This document shows positions 1 through 11,248 of a stretch of 64,000 nucleotides of DNA, one piece after another (the stretch's first letter is position 1; each line of letters opens with the position of its first letter). The position numbers and the translations under genes were made by a program. A model generated the notes under the pieces. It was given only the letters and a program-made list of their open reading frames with translations, was not told where the DNA came from and searched no databases. This DNA is from Pirellulales bacterium (GTDB lineage Bacteria > Planctomycetota > Planctomycetia > Pirellulales > PALSA-1355), in the NCBI GenBank assembly GCA_963733035.1, contig CAVTBU010000006.1, positions 736,001-800,000 of the forward strand, in the 5' to 3' direction.

Positions 1-1481
1 TCTGGTGGCCATGCAACTCAAGGCCTTTCCGGGAATGCATCCCTGGGGCCGCGAGCAGATCGCCAGCCAAATCCGCACGTTTCCCGAGGGGCAATTGTGC
101 ATTGAGATCGACGGTCGCCTGGTCGCATCGTCGTGTAGCCTGATCGTCGATTTCACGCAGTACTCTGAGTGGCATAATTGGAAGGCCATTTCCGACGGCG
201 GCTACATTCGCAATCACGATCCCAACGGCGACACCCTGTATGGGATTGAGATCATGGTCGATCCCGAGTTTCGCGGGCTGAAACTTGCGCGGCGGCTCTA
301 CGACGCCCGCAAGGACCTCTGCCGGGAACGTAATCTGGCTCGCATCATCATCGCGGGACGTTTACCCGGATATCACAAGTATGCTGACAAAATGTCCATT
401 CGCGAGTATGCCGAGGCGGTGATGAGCAAATCGCTCGTCGATCCGGTGCTCACCACGCAGGTGTCGAACGGTTTCGTGCTCAAGGGACTGATTGCGCACT
501 ATTTCCCGGCCGATAGCGAGTCGCGCGGCTGGGCGGCGTTTCTCGAATGGACCAACCTCGATTACCAACTCGGGGCGAAACGCCGCTTTCATGCGGTCGA
601 GACCGTGCGGATTGCCGTGGTCCAGTATCAGATGCGCACGATTACCGGTTTCTACGAGTTTGCCCGGCAGTGCGAGTATTTCATCGACGTCGCGAGCGAC
701 TACAAGTGTGACTTCGTGTTGTTTCCGGAAATGATTACCACGCAGTTGATGTGTTGCATCGAGGAGATGCGGCCCGGAATGGCGGCGCGACAGCTTTCGC
801 AGTTCACCGAGCCCTATCTGGAACTGTTTGGCAACCTGTCCGTCAAATACAACGTGAACGTGATCCCGGGCACGCATTTCGTGATCGAGAACGACAAACT
901 CTACAACGTGGCCTATTTGTTTGGCCGCAATGGCACGATCGGCAAGCAATACAAACTGCACATCACGCCCAGCGAACGTCGTTGGTGGGGCGTCGAGCCC
1001 GGCACGCGGCTGGAGATTCACGACACCGACTGTGGCAAGGTCGCGATCTGCATCTGCTACGACATCGAGTTTCCCGAGCTGGCTCGCATTGCGGCTGCCC
1101 AAGGGGCGCAGGTCATCTTCGTGCCCTTCAACACCGACACACGGCAAGGCTACCTCCGCGTGCGCTACTGCGCAAGCGCGGTGTATCGAGAATCACCAGT
1201 TCGTGGCGATCGCAGGATGCGTTGGAAATCTGCCGTTTGTTGACAACGTTGACATCCACTATGCCCAGAGCGGCATCTTCACGCCGGCCGATTTCTCATT
1301 CGCCCGCGACGGCATCGCCGCCGAATGCACGGCCAACATCGAAACTATTCTGATTCACGACGTCGATACCGAATTGGTCCGCCGCCATCGTCAAAACGGC
1401 ACTACGATGAACTGGATGGATCGCCGCAAGGACGTGTACCGAGTGATGTACCGGCAGGAAGACCACGAGGAGGAGGTGTGA
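1..1481 (+). CDS. GNAT acetyltransferase / carbon-nitrogen hydrolase (nitrilase family) fusion; 5' truncated by the window edge; apparent frameshift at ~1172
   Basis: ORF 5..1243 has GNAT motif A ([17 protein letters not shown]), then the nitrilase triad E (LFPEM), K (QYKLH), C (ICYDIEFPE). The nitrilase C-terminus ([11 protein letters not shown]...SGIFTPADF) continues in ORF 921..1481. The join needs 2 nt at tgcgcaagcg. Confidence 0.85.
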
Positions 1482-1568
1482 CCGGTAAACACGGTCGTCT
1501 AGGCTTGTGACTCGTTTCGCATTCAGTTTCCATGTCCGAAAATGGCCAGCAAAGGCTTGGCCAACGGC

Positions 1569-1574
1569 TACAAT
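1569..1574 (+). promoter_or_regulatory. Putative -10 box (TACAAT) 6 nt upstream of the ada/alkA ATG; possible leaderless transcript
   Basis: ggcTACAATtcgggcATG with no Shine-Dalgarno between the box and the ATG at 1581. Confidence 0.45.
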
Positions 1575-1580
1575 TCGGGC

Positions 1581-3026
1581 ATGACGATCGACGATGACAT
1601 CTGCTACCGAGCCTTGACGGCGCGCGATCCGCGCTTCGACGGCGTGTTTTTCGTGGGCGTCAAGACCACGCGCATCTACTGCCGGCCGGTCTGCACCGCG
1701 CGAACGCCAGGCCGCGATCGCTGTCGATTCTTTGCCAGCGCCGCGCTTGCTGAACGTGAAGGATTTCGTCCCTGTCTGCGTTGCCGGCCGGAACTTGCTC
1801 CCGGCCATGCGCCCATTGATAGCGTGCGCACGGTCGCTCACGTGGCCGCGACTCGTATCGAAGCGGGCGCCCTGCGCGACGGCGGCAACCTGTCGCAGCT
1901 GGCCGGGCAACTAGGTCTCGGCCAGCGGCAACTTCGCCGCGCCGTTCGGCGAGAACTTGGCGTGTCACCCATCGAATTGGCACAAACAACTCGTTTGCTG
2001 CTGGCCAAACGGCTGATTACCGAGACGCAGTTGCCCATGGTGCAGGTGGCGTTTGCCAGCGGTTTCGAGAGCGTGCGACGATTCAATGCGCTATTCCGTT
2101 CGCACTACCGCCTGACGCCCAGCGCAATGCGCCGCGCAAGCGGACCCGAGATCACCAATGATTCCGTGCGGCTGGTGATGGCTTACCGTCCACCACTGGC
2201 CTGGTCTGCGCTTTTACAGTTTCTCGCCGATCGGGCCGTTCCAGGCGTGGAGTGCGTGGCGCAACAGGATTATCGCCGCACTGTGGCGGTCGGCGAACAG
2301 CGGGGCTGGTTGAGCGTGTTGGCAGTCAAGGGGCGCAATCTGTTGGCAGTTGAACTGTCGACGTCACTGGTCCCGTCGCTGGCGATGATTCTGTCGAGGA
2401 CACGAGGTGTGTTTGACCTCGACGCTCGTCCCGACGTCATCGGCAAGCAGCTCCGTGGTGATCCGTTGCTCGCAGGCATGATTCGGCGGCGTCCTGGCCT
2501 GCGCGTGCCGGGAGCGTTTGATTCGTTTGAACTGGCAGTGCGGGCGGTTCTCGGTCAACAGGTATCGGTTCGCGGCGCGTCGACTTTGGCGGGGCGATTG
2601 GCAGAGCGGTTTGGTGAGCCGATCGAGACGCCATGGCCGTGCTTGAATCGCATCGCCCCGACCGCAGAGCAACTAGCGTCAACCGGTGTTTCCGCCCTCG
2701 CGAAAATTGGCATTCCTCATTCGCGTGCCGAGACGTTGCGGGCGTTGGCCCGGGCGGTTGTGCGGCGCGACGTCGATTTAGCTCCTGGCACCGACCCCGC
2801 GGCAGCCTCGGAGGCGCTGATGGCATTGCCAGGCATTGGTCCCTGGACTGCGCAGTATATCGCCATGCGCGCAATGCGCTCGCCCGATGCGTTTCCAGCC
2901 AGTGACCTGGGGCTGGTGAAGGCATCAGGGCTGAAGACAGCGCGCTTGCTCGAGCGCGAATCGGAACGCTGGCGACCCTGGCGAGCATATGCCGCGATGG
3001 CGTTGTGGGAAAGCCTCAAACCCTGA
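1581..3026 (+). CDS. alkA: Ada Zn-binding/AraC HTH fused to AlkA DNA-3-methyladenine glycosylase II
   Basis: CRPVC...RPCLRC Ada-N Zn motif; AraC HTH (VAFASGFESVRRFN); HhH-GPD LPGIGPWTAQY...PDAFPASD; WRPWRAYA. Confidence 0.93.
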   Translation: MTIDDDICYRALTARDPRFDGVFFVGVKTTRIYCRPVCTARTPGRDRCRFFASAALAEREGFRPCLRCRPELAPGHAPIDSVRTVAHVAATRIEAGALRDGGNLSQLAGQLGLGQRQLRRAVRRELGVSPIELAQTTRLLLAKRLITETQLPMVQVAFASGFESVRRFNALFRSHYRLTPSAMRRASGPEITNDSVRLVMAYRPPLAWSALLQFLADRAVPGVECVAQQDYRRTVAVGEQRGWLSVLAVKGRNLLAVELSTSLVPSLAMILSRTRGVFDLDARPDVIGKQLRGDPLLAGMIRRRPGLRVPGAFDSFELAVRAVLGQQVSVRGASTLAGRLAERFGEPIETPWPCLNRIAPTAEQLASTGVSALAKIGIPHSRAETLRALARAVVRRDVDLAPGTDPAAASEALMALPGIGPWTAQYIAMRAMRSPDAFPASDLGLVKASGLKTARLLERESERWRPWRAYAAMALWESLKP

Positions 3027-3043
3027 CCTGCGGAGGAATGGAT

Positions 3044-3637
3044 ATGGCCACGACCATTTACTATAGCTATCTGGTGAGTCCGCTCGGCCGACTCCTGGCG
3101 ACCGCCGAGGAGCCGTTTCTAACGGGCCTGTATTTGCCCGGACACAAAGGATGCCCTGCGCCCGATGCGGCTTGGCAGCGGAATGACGAGCCATTTGCCT
3201 CGGTTCGACGCCAGTTGGCCGAGTATTTCACCGGTGACCGCACCAGATTCAATGTTGCGCTCAAGCCGCTTGGCACGCGGTTTCAACAGCGGGTCTGGCA
3301 CGAACTGGTCCAGATACCGTTCGGCACCACCATCACTTACGCGCAGCTTGCCCAACGAATCGGAAGGCCTTCCGCCGCGCGTGCCGTCGGCCATGCTAAC
3401 AGCCGCAATCCGATTTCCATCATTATCCCCTGTCACCGAGTCATCGGCGCCGACGGCAGGCTGACCGGGTATGCCGGCGGGCTCGACAAGAAACGCTGGC
3501 TGCTCGATTGGGAACGCCGCGGGACCGCCGCCGAGCGGGGTTACTTATTCGAGGTTGTATCCGAGATCGACGCGGGTTCCGCCGAATCCGTTTTCAGTCG
3601 CTCGCCCAGCATGGTGGCCAAATCGGGCAGATCGTAG
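3044..3637 (+). CDS. ogt: Methylated-DNA-protein-cysteine methyltransferase
   Basis: Active-site PCHRV, ARAVG...NPI and GYAGGL motifs; GGAGG RBS; follows alkA. Confidence 0.92.
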   Translation: MATTIYYSYLVSPLGRLLATAEEPFLTGLYLPGHKGCPAPDAAWQRNDEPFASVRRQLAEYFTGDRTRFNVALKPLGTRFQQRVWHELVQIPFGTTITYAQLAQRIGRPSAARAVGHANSRNPISIIIPCHRVIGADGRLTGYAGGLDKKRWLLDWERRGTAAERGYLFEVVSEIDAGSAESVFSRSPSMVAKSGRS

Positions 3638-5565
3638 TGTTCGAGCACGCCCGGGACGGCCAGTTCCAGCAACTGCGGCGCTCGTGGCTGCGCCACGACA
3701 TCCTCCGTCCAACTGCCGATTGAATTGCGCAACGTTACCGACTTGAACCGCGGTTCGATTGCTGCCGCATGTAGAGCAACCGGACCGACACGGCCGACCC
3801 CCAGCAAGTGAATCTGATCGCGATCAACGGAGTCGTGCTTCGCAAGGAATTCGAGTGCCACCAACAGGTCCTCGACGCGCTGGCCCATGAGCGGTCGGCC
3901 CACCTGCATCGCCAGCATCGCGTTGCGAAATTCGTCGTTGTAATACTTGCCGCCGCCCTCAATATCGGCCGTCTCTCCGTAACCACGCAAATCCACGGCG
4001 AGCACGATGCGATTCTTTTCGAGTTGTGCTTCGATCGGTCCACCCGCCTGAAGAGCGGCGGATTTGCCGGCCGAATCGGCATAGATCACGGCAGGTGATT
4101 TGCCTTGGTGGCCGTCGGGAATGCACAGCAGCGCGGCCAGAGGCATTTCGCCAGGGCGTTCGAGACGCAGCTTCTCGATGGTGTAGCCGTGGCGCGTCGC
4201 GGTACCGTTCGACGTTGGCTCGGCGTCCCGGCGGATGTCGTCAGGCAGACTGATCACCTTGCGAATTGTTGCGGTGTGCTGCTGATCATCTTGTTCGTTC
4301 CAAGCGATGCCTCGCAACTCGGCAAGTGCGTGGGCCCGCTGGTTGCAGAAATCCACGACGGTCCGTTCATCGTCGAACTGCTTGATCACCTGTCCGCCGG
4401 CCGTGACTTGCAGGTCGGCGTCCCGCTGCAGGGTCAGTTTTGGTTCGACGACCGGTCGGTCGTCGCCCATCAGCCAGCGCCGCATCCAATGCACAGCGGC
4501 CTGGCGACGCGGCTGGCTAAAGCCGTGCTTGTCGTCGTAGGAAAACAGAGCGACGTGCTCGGGATGTCCCAGCACGCGATAGACGGCTTCGGCTTCTTGG
4601 GCGGCGGTTTGTGTACCGCTAAAGTCAAAAAAGTCCTGTTCGGCCGCGAGGACCAAGGTCGGCTTGGGTGCTCGCATCGTGATGAAATCCGTGTGGTCGA
4701 TCCCGCGCGGACCCTGGCCGGGAAAGTGCTGTTCGCAATCTTGCGGACCGATGGTGTGAAACAGCCGCTCGAGCGTAGTGATGAAGCAGGACGGCGCCGC
4801 CACGGCGATCCTGTCGTCGAAGGCCATCAGCCAAGTGGTCATCGTTCCGCCGCCGGAATTGCCGGTGCAGCCCAGCCGCGCGGAATCGACCTCCGGTCGA
4901 GATGCCAGGTAGTCCATACTGCGCAGTCCGTCCCAGATGCGGAATGTGGCCGTGTTCCAGCCGACCAACAGCGCGCCGACGCCCACCAACGTGTGCTCGG
5001 TGGTTCCGTGACGCACGGAATCGGAAAGCTGGTTGCGTTCACCCTGTCCGATTGGATCGTAAATCAACGCCGTGCAGCCATTGCGTGCCAGTAGGATGCA
5101 GACACTTTGATATGCCTCGTTCGCCTTGCCGTTCTCGCTATGCCCGCAGGGAACCAGCACTCCGGGAACAGGCCGCGAAGTGTCGGCCGGCAAGTACAGA
5201 TTCGCCGTCACGTGATGATTCGGCCGGCTTTCGTAAATCACGCGTTCGATACGATAGCCGTCGCAGTCGATCGTGCCAACCGTGCGAGCGTTGAGCGGCG
5301 TACGTTCGGGCAGCGGACCAACCATCTCGCGAAAAGCGGTCAGCAATCGCTTTCGGCGGGCGTTCAGCGCCGCCGGCGACTCAAGAGCCGCCTCGACTGC
5401 CCGATGTCGTGCCGCCGCTTGCCGATCGACTTGGTGCAACAGGTAGTCGTAGAGCAGGGGCTTGTCCCCCGTGTTCAGCACTAACAATTCCTCGTCGGCA
5501 TGGATGCGTGTGCCGCTCAAAACGAACATTGCGAGGGCGAAAAACACGTGTGGGCGAAAACGCAT
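3541..5565 (-). CDS. Secreted two-domain alpha/beta hydrolase (acetylxylan esterase-like)
   Basis: Signal peptide MRFRPH...IHA; nucleophile elbow GNSGGG; VPCGHS; second degenerate hydrolase domain (VDLRGYGET). Confidence 0.85.
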   Translation of the reverse strand: MRFRPHVFFALAMFVLSGTRIHADEELLVLNTGDKPLLYDYLLHQVDRQAAARHRAVEAALESPAALNARRKRLLTAFREMVGPLPERTPLNARTVGTIDCDGYRIERVIYESRPNHHVTANLYLPADTSRPVPGVLVPCGHSENGKANEAYQSVCILLARNGCTALIYDPIGQGERNQLSDSVRHGTTEHTLVGVGALLVGWNTATFRIWDGLRSMDYLASRPEVDSARLGCTGNSGGGTMTTWLMAFDDRIAVAAPSCFITTLERLFHTIGPQDCEQHFPGQGPRGIDHTDFITMRAPKPTLVLAAEQDFFDFSGTQTAAQEAEAVYRVLGHPEHVALFSYDDKHGFSQPRRQAAVHWMRRWLMGDDRPVVEPKLTLQRDADLQVTAGGQVIKQFDDERTVVDFCNQRAHALAELRGIAWNEQDDQQHTATIRKVISLPDDIRRDAEPTSNGTATRHGYTIEKLRLERPGEMPLAALLCIPDGHQGKSPAVIYADSAGKSAALQAGGPIEAQLEKNRIVLAVDLRGYGETADIEGGGKYYNDEFRNAMLAMQVGRPLMGQRVEDLLVALEFLAKHDSVDRDQIHLLGVGRVGPVALHAAAIEPRFKSVTLRNSIGSWTEDVVAQPRAPQLLELAVPGVLEHYDLPDLATMLGERLKTDSAEPASISDTTSNK

Positions 5566-5848
5566 GCACGAACTCCTGGACGGGGGGCAAACTTGCTGGG
5601 ACCGGCGGGAAATCGCCCATACATCATCGCTTGGCGATGCATTCCAGTTTACCGCCACCACGGGCGACTGGCCACGCCGGACGTGGTGTCAGACCGCGAC
5701 TTGCGGTGTCGCCAGGGGCAGGTTACTTTGTGACTAGTCAGGGACTCTTCACCGTCGGCGTCTCCCCCAAGTACGTCGGCGCGCCGTTAAATCTAGTGAT
5801 GCGGTTCGCTGCCGCGCCGCGTCCTTCTTTGTGCAAGGGGTTTCATGT

Positions 5849-8116
5849 ATGGCTGGTCTGCTTCTTGACGGGCGAGAACGAAAGTTGACTTCACGCCGCG
5901 GGATCATTTTCGGACTGTTGTTTCTTGCACTGGCATCTGTGGCCGTCGACGCCGTTGCCGCCGATTCCACAATCGACCCCAAGTCGCTCGCCCAGCGCGT
6001 CACGATCTATCGCGACGCCTACGGCATGCCGCACATTGACGGCGAAAATGACGATGCCGTGTTGTTTGGCTACGGTTACGCTCAGGCCGAGGATTATTTT
6101 TGGCAGATCGAAGACTCGTACGTGATGGGACTCGGCCGCTATGCCGAACTCTACGGCAAGCAGTTCCTCGCCAAGGATAAACGCAACCGGGCGTTCGAAA
6201 TTCCGCAGCGCTCGAAGGAAGACTACGAGAAGCTTGCGCCGGAACCGAAGCAGGCGGGCGCGTCGTTCGTGGCCGGCATCAACTATTACCTCGACACCCA
6301 CCCGAATGTGAAACCACGGCTGCTGAAACGGATCGAGCCCTGGTACCTGCTGGCGTTTGCCCGGGCGGCGACGCTGGAACTGCTGGGCGGTCATTTGCAC
6401 GTCTCCACCGACGACGTACCGAACGACTTTCCCCGCCGCAAGCTAGAGGAGGAAATCGAGGAGGCGAAGGGCAGCAATGCCTGGGCCATCTCAGGCAAAC
6501 GGACTCGTAGCGGCAATACGATGCTGCTCATCAACCCGCATCAGCCTTTCTATGGCTACGGCCAATTCTACGAAGCACACCTGCGCAGCGGAGCCGGTTG
6601 GAATTTCACTGGCGCATCGTTTTTTGGCACGCCGCTGCCGGTCATCGGCCACAACGAATACTGCGGTTGGGGCATGACTGTTAACGAACCCAACGCAGGT
6701 AGCTCGTGGCGCGAAACGTTTGACGATCCGAGCGAGCCGCTCAACTACCGCTACGGCGAGGGCTATCGCAAGGCGGTTGAATGGAAGGATACCATTCTGG
6801 TCAAGAACGGCCGCCGCATGGACACGGTCAAGTGCACATTCCGCAAGACGCACCGCGGGCCGATCCTGAAAAAGCTTAGCGACACGCAGTACGTTTCTGC
6901 GAACATTGGCAAGCTGTTCGAAGCGGTCCTTTCGCGTCAGAGCATCAAGATGCTGCAAGCCAAGAGCTTCAATGAGTTCCACGAAGCGATGAGCATGCTC
7001 GAATTGCCGCTGTTCAACGTGGTCTATGCCGACGTGCACGGCAACATCTTCTATGTCTACAACGGCATCGTTCCCAAGCGCGACCCGTCGTTTGATTGGT
7101 CGAAGACCGTCGACGGCAGCGACCCGCGCACCGAGTGGCAGGGCATTCACCCGCTTGAGGATCTGCCGCAGGTGCTCAATCCCGCGTCGGGCTATATCCA
7201 GAATTGCAACTCGACGCCGTTCACCACGACGGACGATTCAGGACCGGCCATCGGCGATTATCCCGAGTACATGGTTGAAGATCGCCACGACGACAAGCGG
7301 CGCGCGAAAATTTCTCGCATGTTGCTGCGCGAAGTCAAGGACATGACGTTCGACAAATGGCAGCAATTGTCGTTCGATACGACCGTCTATTGGGCCGTGT
7401 CGGAATTTCCGACCTACAAGCGAGAGCTCGAAAAGCTCAAACTGACCGATCCGACCCTGGCCGCGCAGGTCGAACCGTACATGGCGCACCTGCTCGATTG
7501 GGATTGCAAAGGCACCATTGAATCAACGCAGGCCACGCTCTGTATTGCCTGGTACGAGGAGCTGTACGGCTTCGGTTATCCGGCCGAAACGCTCAAGCGC
7601 CAGTACGTGTCGAACATTCCCGAACAGTTCAAGGCCCTGGTGAACGCGGCCCGCAAGCTGGAAAACACGTTTGGCAATTGGAAGGTGCCGTACGGAGACG
7701 TGAACCGCTTCCAGCGGCACGCCAACGTGTCGGACTTTTATCGCATTCCGTTCAGCGACAATCTGCCAAGCCTGCCCAGTGCCGGCATGCCAGGGCCGCC
7801 GGGCGTGGTGTTTACAATGTATTTCACGCCGTCGATCTATCTGCCGCCCATCAAGCTGATGAAGAAGCACTACGCGGTGGTGGGCACCAGCTACATGTGC
7901 ATTGTGGAGTTCGGTAGTAAGGTCAAGAGCCGCTCGCTCTTGCCGTACGGCACCAGCGGCGACCCAGAAAGCCCGCACTTTTTCGATCAAGCGGTGCTGA
8001 TGTCCAAAAAACAGATGAAGGAAAACTACCTCTATTTCGATGACGTCATCGCACATGCCAAGCGAAAGTACCACCCCGGCGAAGAGCAGCCCGTGGCCAA
8101 GCAGGCCCGTAAGTAG
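5849..8116 (+). CDS. Penicillin acylase / Ntn-hydrolase family (S45), exported
   Basis: IYRDAYGMPHI, GYAQAED, beta-subunit start GSNAWA, NPH, GDPESPHFFDQA; N-terminal signal; start codon uncertain. Confidence 0.92.
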   Translation: MAGLLLDGRERKLTSRRGIIFGLLFLALASVAVDAVAADSTIDPKSLAQRVTIYRDAYGMPHIDGENDDAVLFGYGYAQAEDYFWQIEDSYVMGLGRYAELYGKQFLAKDKRNRAFEIPQRSKEDYEKLAPEPKQAGASFVAGINYYLDTHPNVKPRLLKRIEPWYLLAFARAATLELLGGHLHVSTDDVPNDFPRRKLEEEIEEAKGSNAWAISGKRTRSGNTMLLINPHQPFYGYGQFYEAHLRSGAGWNFTGASFFGTPLPVIGHNEYCGWGMTVNEPNAGSSWRETFDDPSEPLNYRYGEGYRKAVEWKDTILVKNGRRMDTVKCTFRKTHRGPILKKLSDTQYVSANIGKLFEAVLSRQSIKMLQAKSFNEFHEAMSMLELPLFNVVYADVHGNIFYVYNGIVPKRDPSFDWSKTVDGSDPRTEWQGIHPLEDLPQVLNPASGYIQNCNSTPFTTTDDSGPAIGDYPEYMVEDRHDDKRRAKISRMLLREVKDMTFDKWQQLSFDTTVYWAVSEFPTYKRELEKLKLTDPTLAAQVEPYMAHLLDWDCKGTIESTQATLCIAWYEELYGFGYPAETLKRQYVSNIPEQFKALVNAARKLENTFGNWKVPYGDVNRFQRHANVSDFYRIPFSDNLPSLPSAGMPGPPGVVFTMYFTPSIYLPPIKLMKKHYAVVGTSYMCIVEFGSKVKSRSLLPYGTSGDPESPHFFDQAVLMSKKQMKENYLYFDDVIAHAKRKYHPGEEQPVAKQARK

Positions 8117-8128
8117 CGAGGGGGGGTG

Positions 8129-9436
8129 CTACAGTCTTGCTCGGTGCGTTTCTGCGGCGGCCCACACGGAAACCAGCGTCACCGCGGCCAGCGCGATCAT
8201 GTACACCGCGATCGGCCAGGGCTTCCCACCGCTCCATTGCAATAGCGCGGTTGAAATTAACGGGGCCAAACCGCCAGCCAACGGCGAGGCGAGCTGATAT
8301 CCGATTGAGGCGCCCGTATAGCGCACTTCGGTACCGAACAGTTCGCTGAAGAAAGCTGCCTGTGGAGCGTACATGGCCGCGTGGATGATCATCCCCGAGA
8401 CGATTGCCAGGCCAATCCAAAAACTGTCGGCCGTGTCGATTAGCCAAAAGAACGGAAACGAGAATGCGGCCAGCCCCAGCGCTCCGGCCAAGTAGACCGG
8501 CCGTCGGCCGAGCCGATCGGAAAGAATGCCGAACGACGGGATCACTGCGAACTGCACGGCCGAGGCGATTAGCACGCTGTTGAGAATCACGGTCCGCTCG
8601 ACGCCAAGTTCCACCGTGGCATACGTCAACACGAATACGGTGAAGATGTAAAAGCATCCGTTCTCCGCAAACCGAGCCCCCATCGCCAACAGCACGTTGC
8701 GGGGGTGGCGTTTAAAAACTTCGAAGAATGGCACGCGCGGCGGCGGTTTGGCCTCGCGAGCCTGAGCGAAAATCGGGCTTTCAAACACCTGAATGCGAAT
8801 GAACGTTCCCACGCCTAACAGAGCGATGCCCAGCAGAAACGGCAGTCGCCAGCCCCACCGCATGAACGCCTCGTCGGGCAGTAGCGAGAATAATTCGAAC
8901 GCAGCGGTCGCCAGCAGCAATCCTGCCGGCACGCCAGCTTGCACCCAACTGGCGTACAGCCCGCGCCGCCCGGCGTGCCCGTGCTCGACCGCCATCAGCA
9001 CCGCACCTCCCCATTCGCCCCCCACGCCAAAGCCCTGCACGAACCGTAGCAGCACCAGCAGCGCCGGCGCGGTCACGCCAATCTGCTCGTAGGTCGGCAA
9101 CACGCCGATCAAGAACGTGGCCATGCCCATCAACATCAGCGTCGTGACCAACATCGACTTGCGGCCCATGCGGTCGCCGAAGTGGCCGAACACCACGCCC
9201 CCGACTGGCCGGGCGAAGAAGCCGACCGCGTAGGTGGCAAACGCGGCCATCGTACCGGCCATCGGGTCGAGCGTTGGAAAGAAAAGCTGGTTAAACACCA
9301 GCGCAGCGGCCGTGCCATAGAGAAAGAAGTCGTACCACTCGATTGTCGTGCCAATGAAGCTGGCCAATACGACGCGCGTGATCGAGGCGGAACGCTCGCG
9401 GGCTTCCATGGGTTTGCCGGTGACCTCGGAATTCAT
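8129..9436 (-). CDS. MFS transporter, metabolite:H+ symporter (MHS, ShiA-like)
   Basis: GTTIEWYDFFLYG, GHFGDRMGRK, QGFGVGGEWGGA, SDRLGRRP; about 12 TM segments. Confidence 0.92.
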   Translation of the reverse strand: MNSEVTGKPMEARERSASITRVVLASFIGTTIEWYDFFLYGTAAALVFNQLFFPTLDPMAGTMAAFATYAVGFFARPVGGVVFGHFGDRMGRKSMLVTTLMLMGMATFLIGVLPTYEQIGVTAPALLVLLRFVQGFGVGGEWGGAVLMAVEHGHAGRRGLYASWVQAGVPAGLLLATAAFELFSLLPDEAFMRWGWRLPFLLGIALLGVGTFIRIQVFESPIFAQAREAKPPPRVPFFEVFKRHPRNVLLAMGARFAENGCFYIFTVFVLTYATVELGVERTVILNSVLIASAVQFAVIPSFGILSDRLGRRPVYLAGALGLAAFSFPFFWLIDTADSFWIGLAIVSGMIIHAAMYAPQAAFFSELFGTEVRYTGASIGYQLASPLAGGLAPLISTALLQWSGGKPWPIAVYMIALAAVTLVSVWAAAETHRARL

Positions 9437-9533
9437 TGGCGAGCCTCATTCATACCGAATTGCCAGCCGCGAAGCCATCGGCGGCAATTAGAAATCAATG
9501 GCGGACGCGCCAACGCGGCAGTGCAGGGCGAGT

Positions 9534-11028
9534 CTATGCCAGAAGTTCGTGTCGCACTTTGCCTTCGCCGGCAACCGGCAGCGGGCGGCCGAGGCGATCA
9601 CGGATGAGCGTTTCCGGATCAATGCCCAGCAAGTGATACATTGTCGCCAGGATGTCCTTCGGTGAGATGGGCGTGTCGAGCACGCTGCCGGCGATCCGAT
9701 CGGTGCGGCCCACGACCTTGCCCCGCGCCGCGCCGCCCCCCGCAAGCAACGTCGAATACGCCTGAGCCCAGTGCCCCCGGCCACCGCCTGAGACGTCCTC
9801 GAGCTTGGGCGTGCGGCCGTGCTCGGTGGTGCACACGATCAGCGTGTCGTCGAGCATGCCTCGGGCTTCCAAATCGAGCACCAAGGCGCTGAGCGCCCGG
9901 TCAAGCCCGGGGCAAAGTTGCTCGCGCATGAGTTCATAGTGGTAGAAGTGCGTGTCCCAGGCGCTATTGACTAATTCGAATTCATCCCACAGGACTGTCA
10001 CGAACTGCGAGCCGGCTTCAAGCAGACGCCGCGCCACGAGCGATGCCTGACCAAACAGTGTCATGCCATATTGCTCGCGCAGGCGCAGCCGGTTCACGGG
10101 CCACGTCAAGGGCCGCCGAGAGCGTATCGGTGGTCAGGTAATCGAACGCCTGCTCCCGAAAATCGTCATACGATCGTGTCGACGCGTTGACATCTGCCAT
10201 GCGTCGCGCATCATCGAACTGTTCCAGCAGCGTGCGGCGGCGATTGAGCCGATCGAGCGTCAGTCCCTCGGGCAAGCGTGCATCGGCCGCCAGCCCAAAA
10301 CGGCAATCGGGTTCGAGCGGACCATACGGATCGTGGCAGTGAATCGTCTGCTCGCCAAATGTGTACGTCGACTCGCGTGTGCCGCGCCCTTGAAAGTCGG
10401 TCCACAACGGATCGTACGCCCGCCCGAGCCACGCGCCATACGGCCCGGCGTTGTCTCCGGCCGCGTACGGCCTCCGCGAACTGAGCCGCCAGGGAAGCCC
10501 AATGTTGCGGGAAACGGGGGGAGCTGGTTCGCCGCGCTGATCGGCCAGGAAGTCGACCACCGAACCGATGAACGGCCAGTGCCGCGGATCGCGCGGACTC
10601 ATTTGTAGCGGTACATCGATCGTCGGTATGGACGTTAGCGTGAAGGCCGAGGCGTGCAGCGGATAGGGGTGGGTCATCGAACGTACGATCGTGGCCCGAT
10701 CGACGATCCGTGATGTCAGCGGCAACAGCTCCCCGATTTGAACCCCAGGCACACTCGTGGAAATGGCGCCCAACTCGCCGCGCACCTGGCTCGGCGCGAG
10801 GGGTTTGGGGTCGAACGTCTCGATCTGGCTGGCAGCACCGTAGAGATAGAGCAGAATGCATCGCTTGGCCTTGCCGAACGACCCGGAAACGGCGGGGTTC
10901 GCCAAAGTTGCCGTGCTCAGCGCGCCACCGGCGCCCAAACCCAACAGACCGAGAGATCCGGCTTGCAGGAAGTCGCGGCGCGATAGTCCATCGCAGAGGC
11001 GCTTGTGAGAGCCGAGGATTCGCAGCAT
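9534..11028 (-). CDS. DUF1501 domain protein (Tat signal); apparent frameshift at ~10095
   Basis: SRRDFLQ Tat motif; AKRCILLYLYGAASQIETFDPKP; second frame gives ARRLLEAG, WDTH, EHGRTP, GRGHW. Confidence 0.88.
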
Positions 11029-11248
11029 CGCACGAACTCGTTTGAGGGGCGGGCCTTGTCCATTTGGCAGCGGCCACCATTGTAGCAGTGCCTCAGTAGG
11101 AAAGGAACGAAATTTCCCGGGTTCGGCGGCCAGCCCGCGGCTTTTTTCCTTGTCGGCCGAAGGGTGCCGCGACACGGATCACAATGCACGGCCTATACTT
11201 TTTGGGTATCTGAGACAAGTTTCAAGCGTTCGGTTGCGTGAGGCCGTT

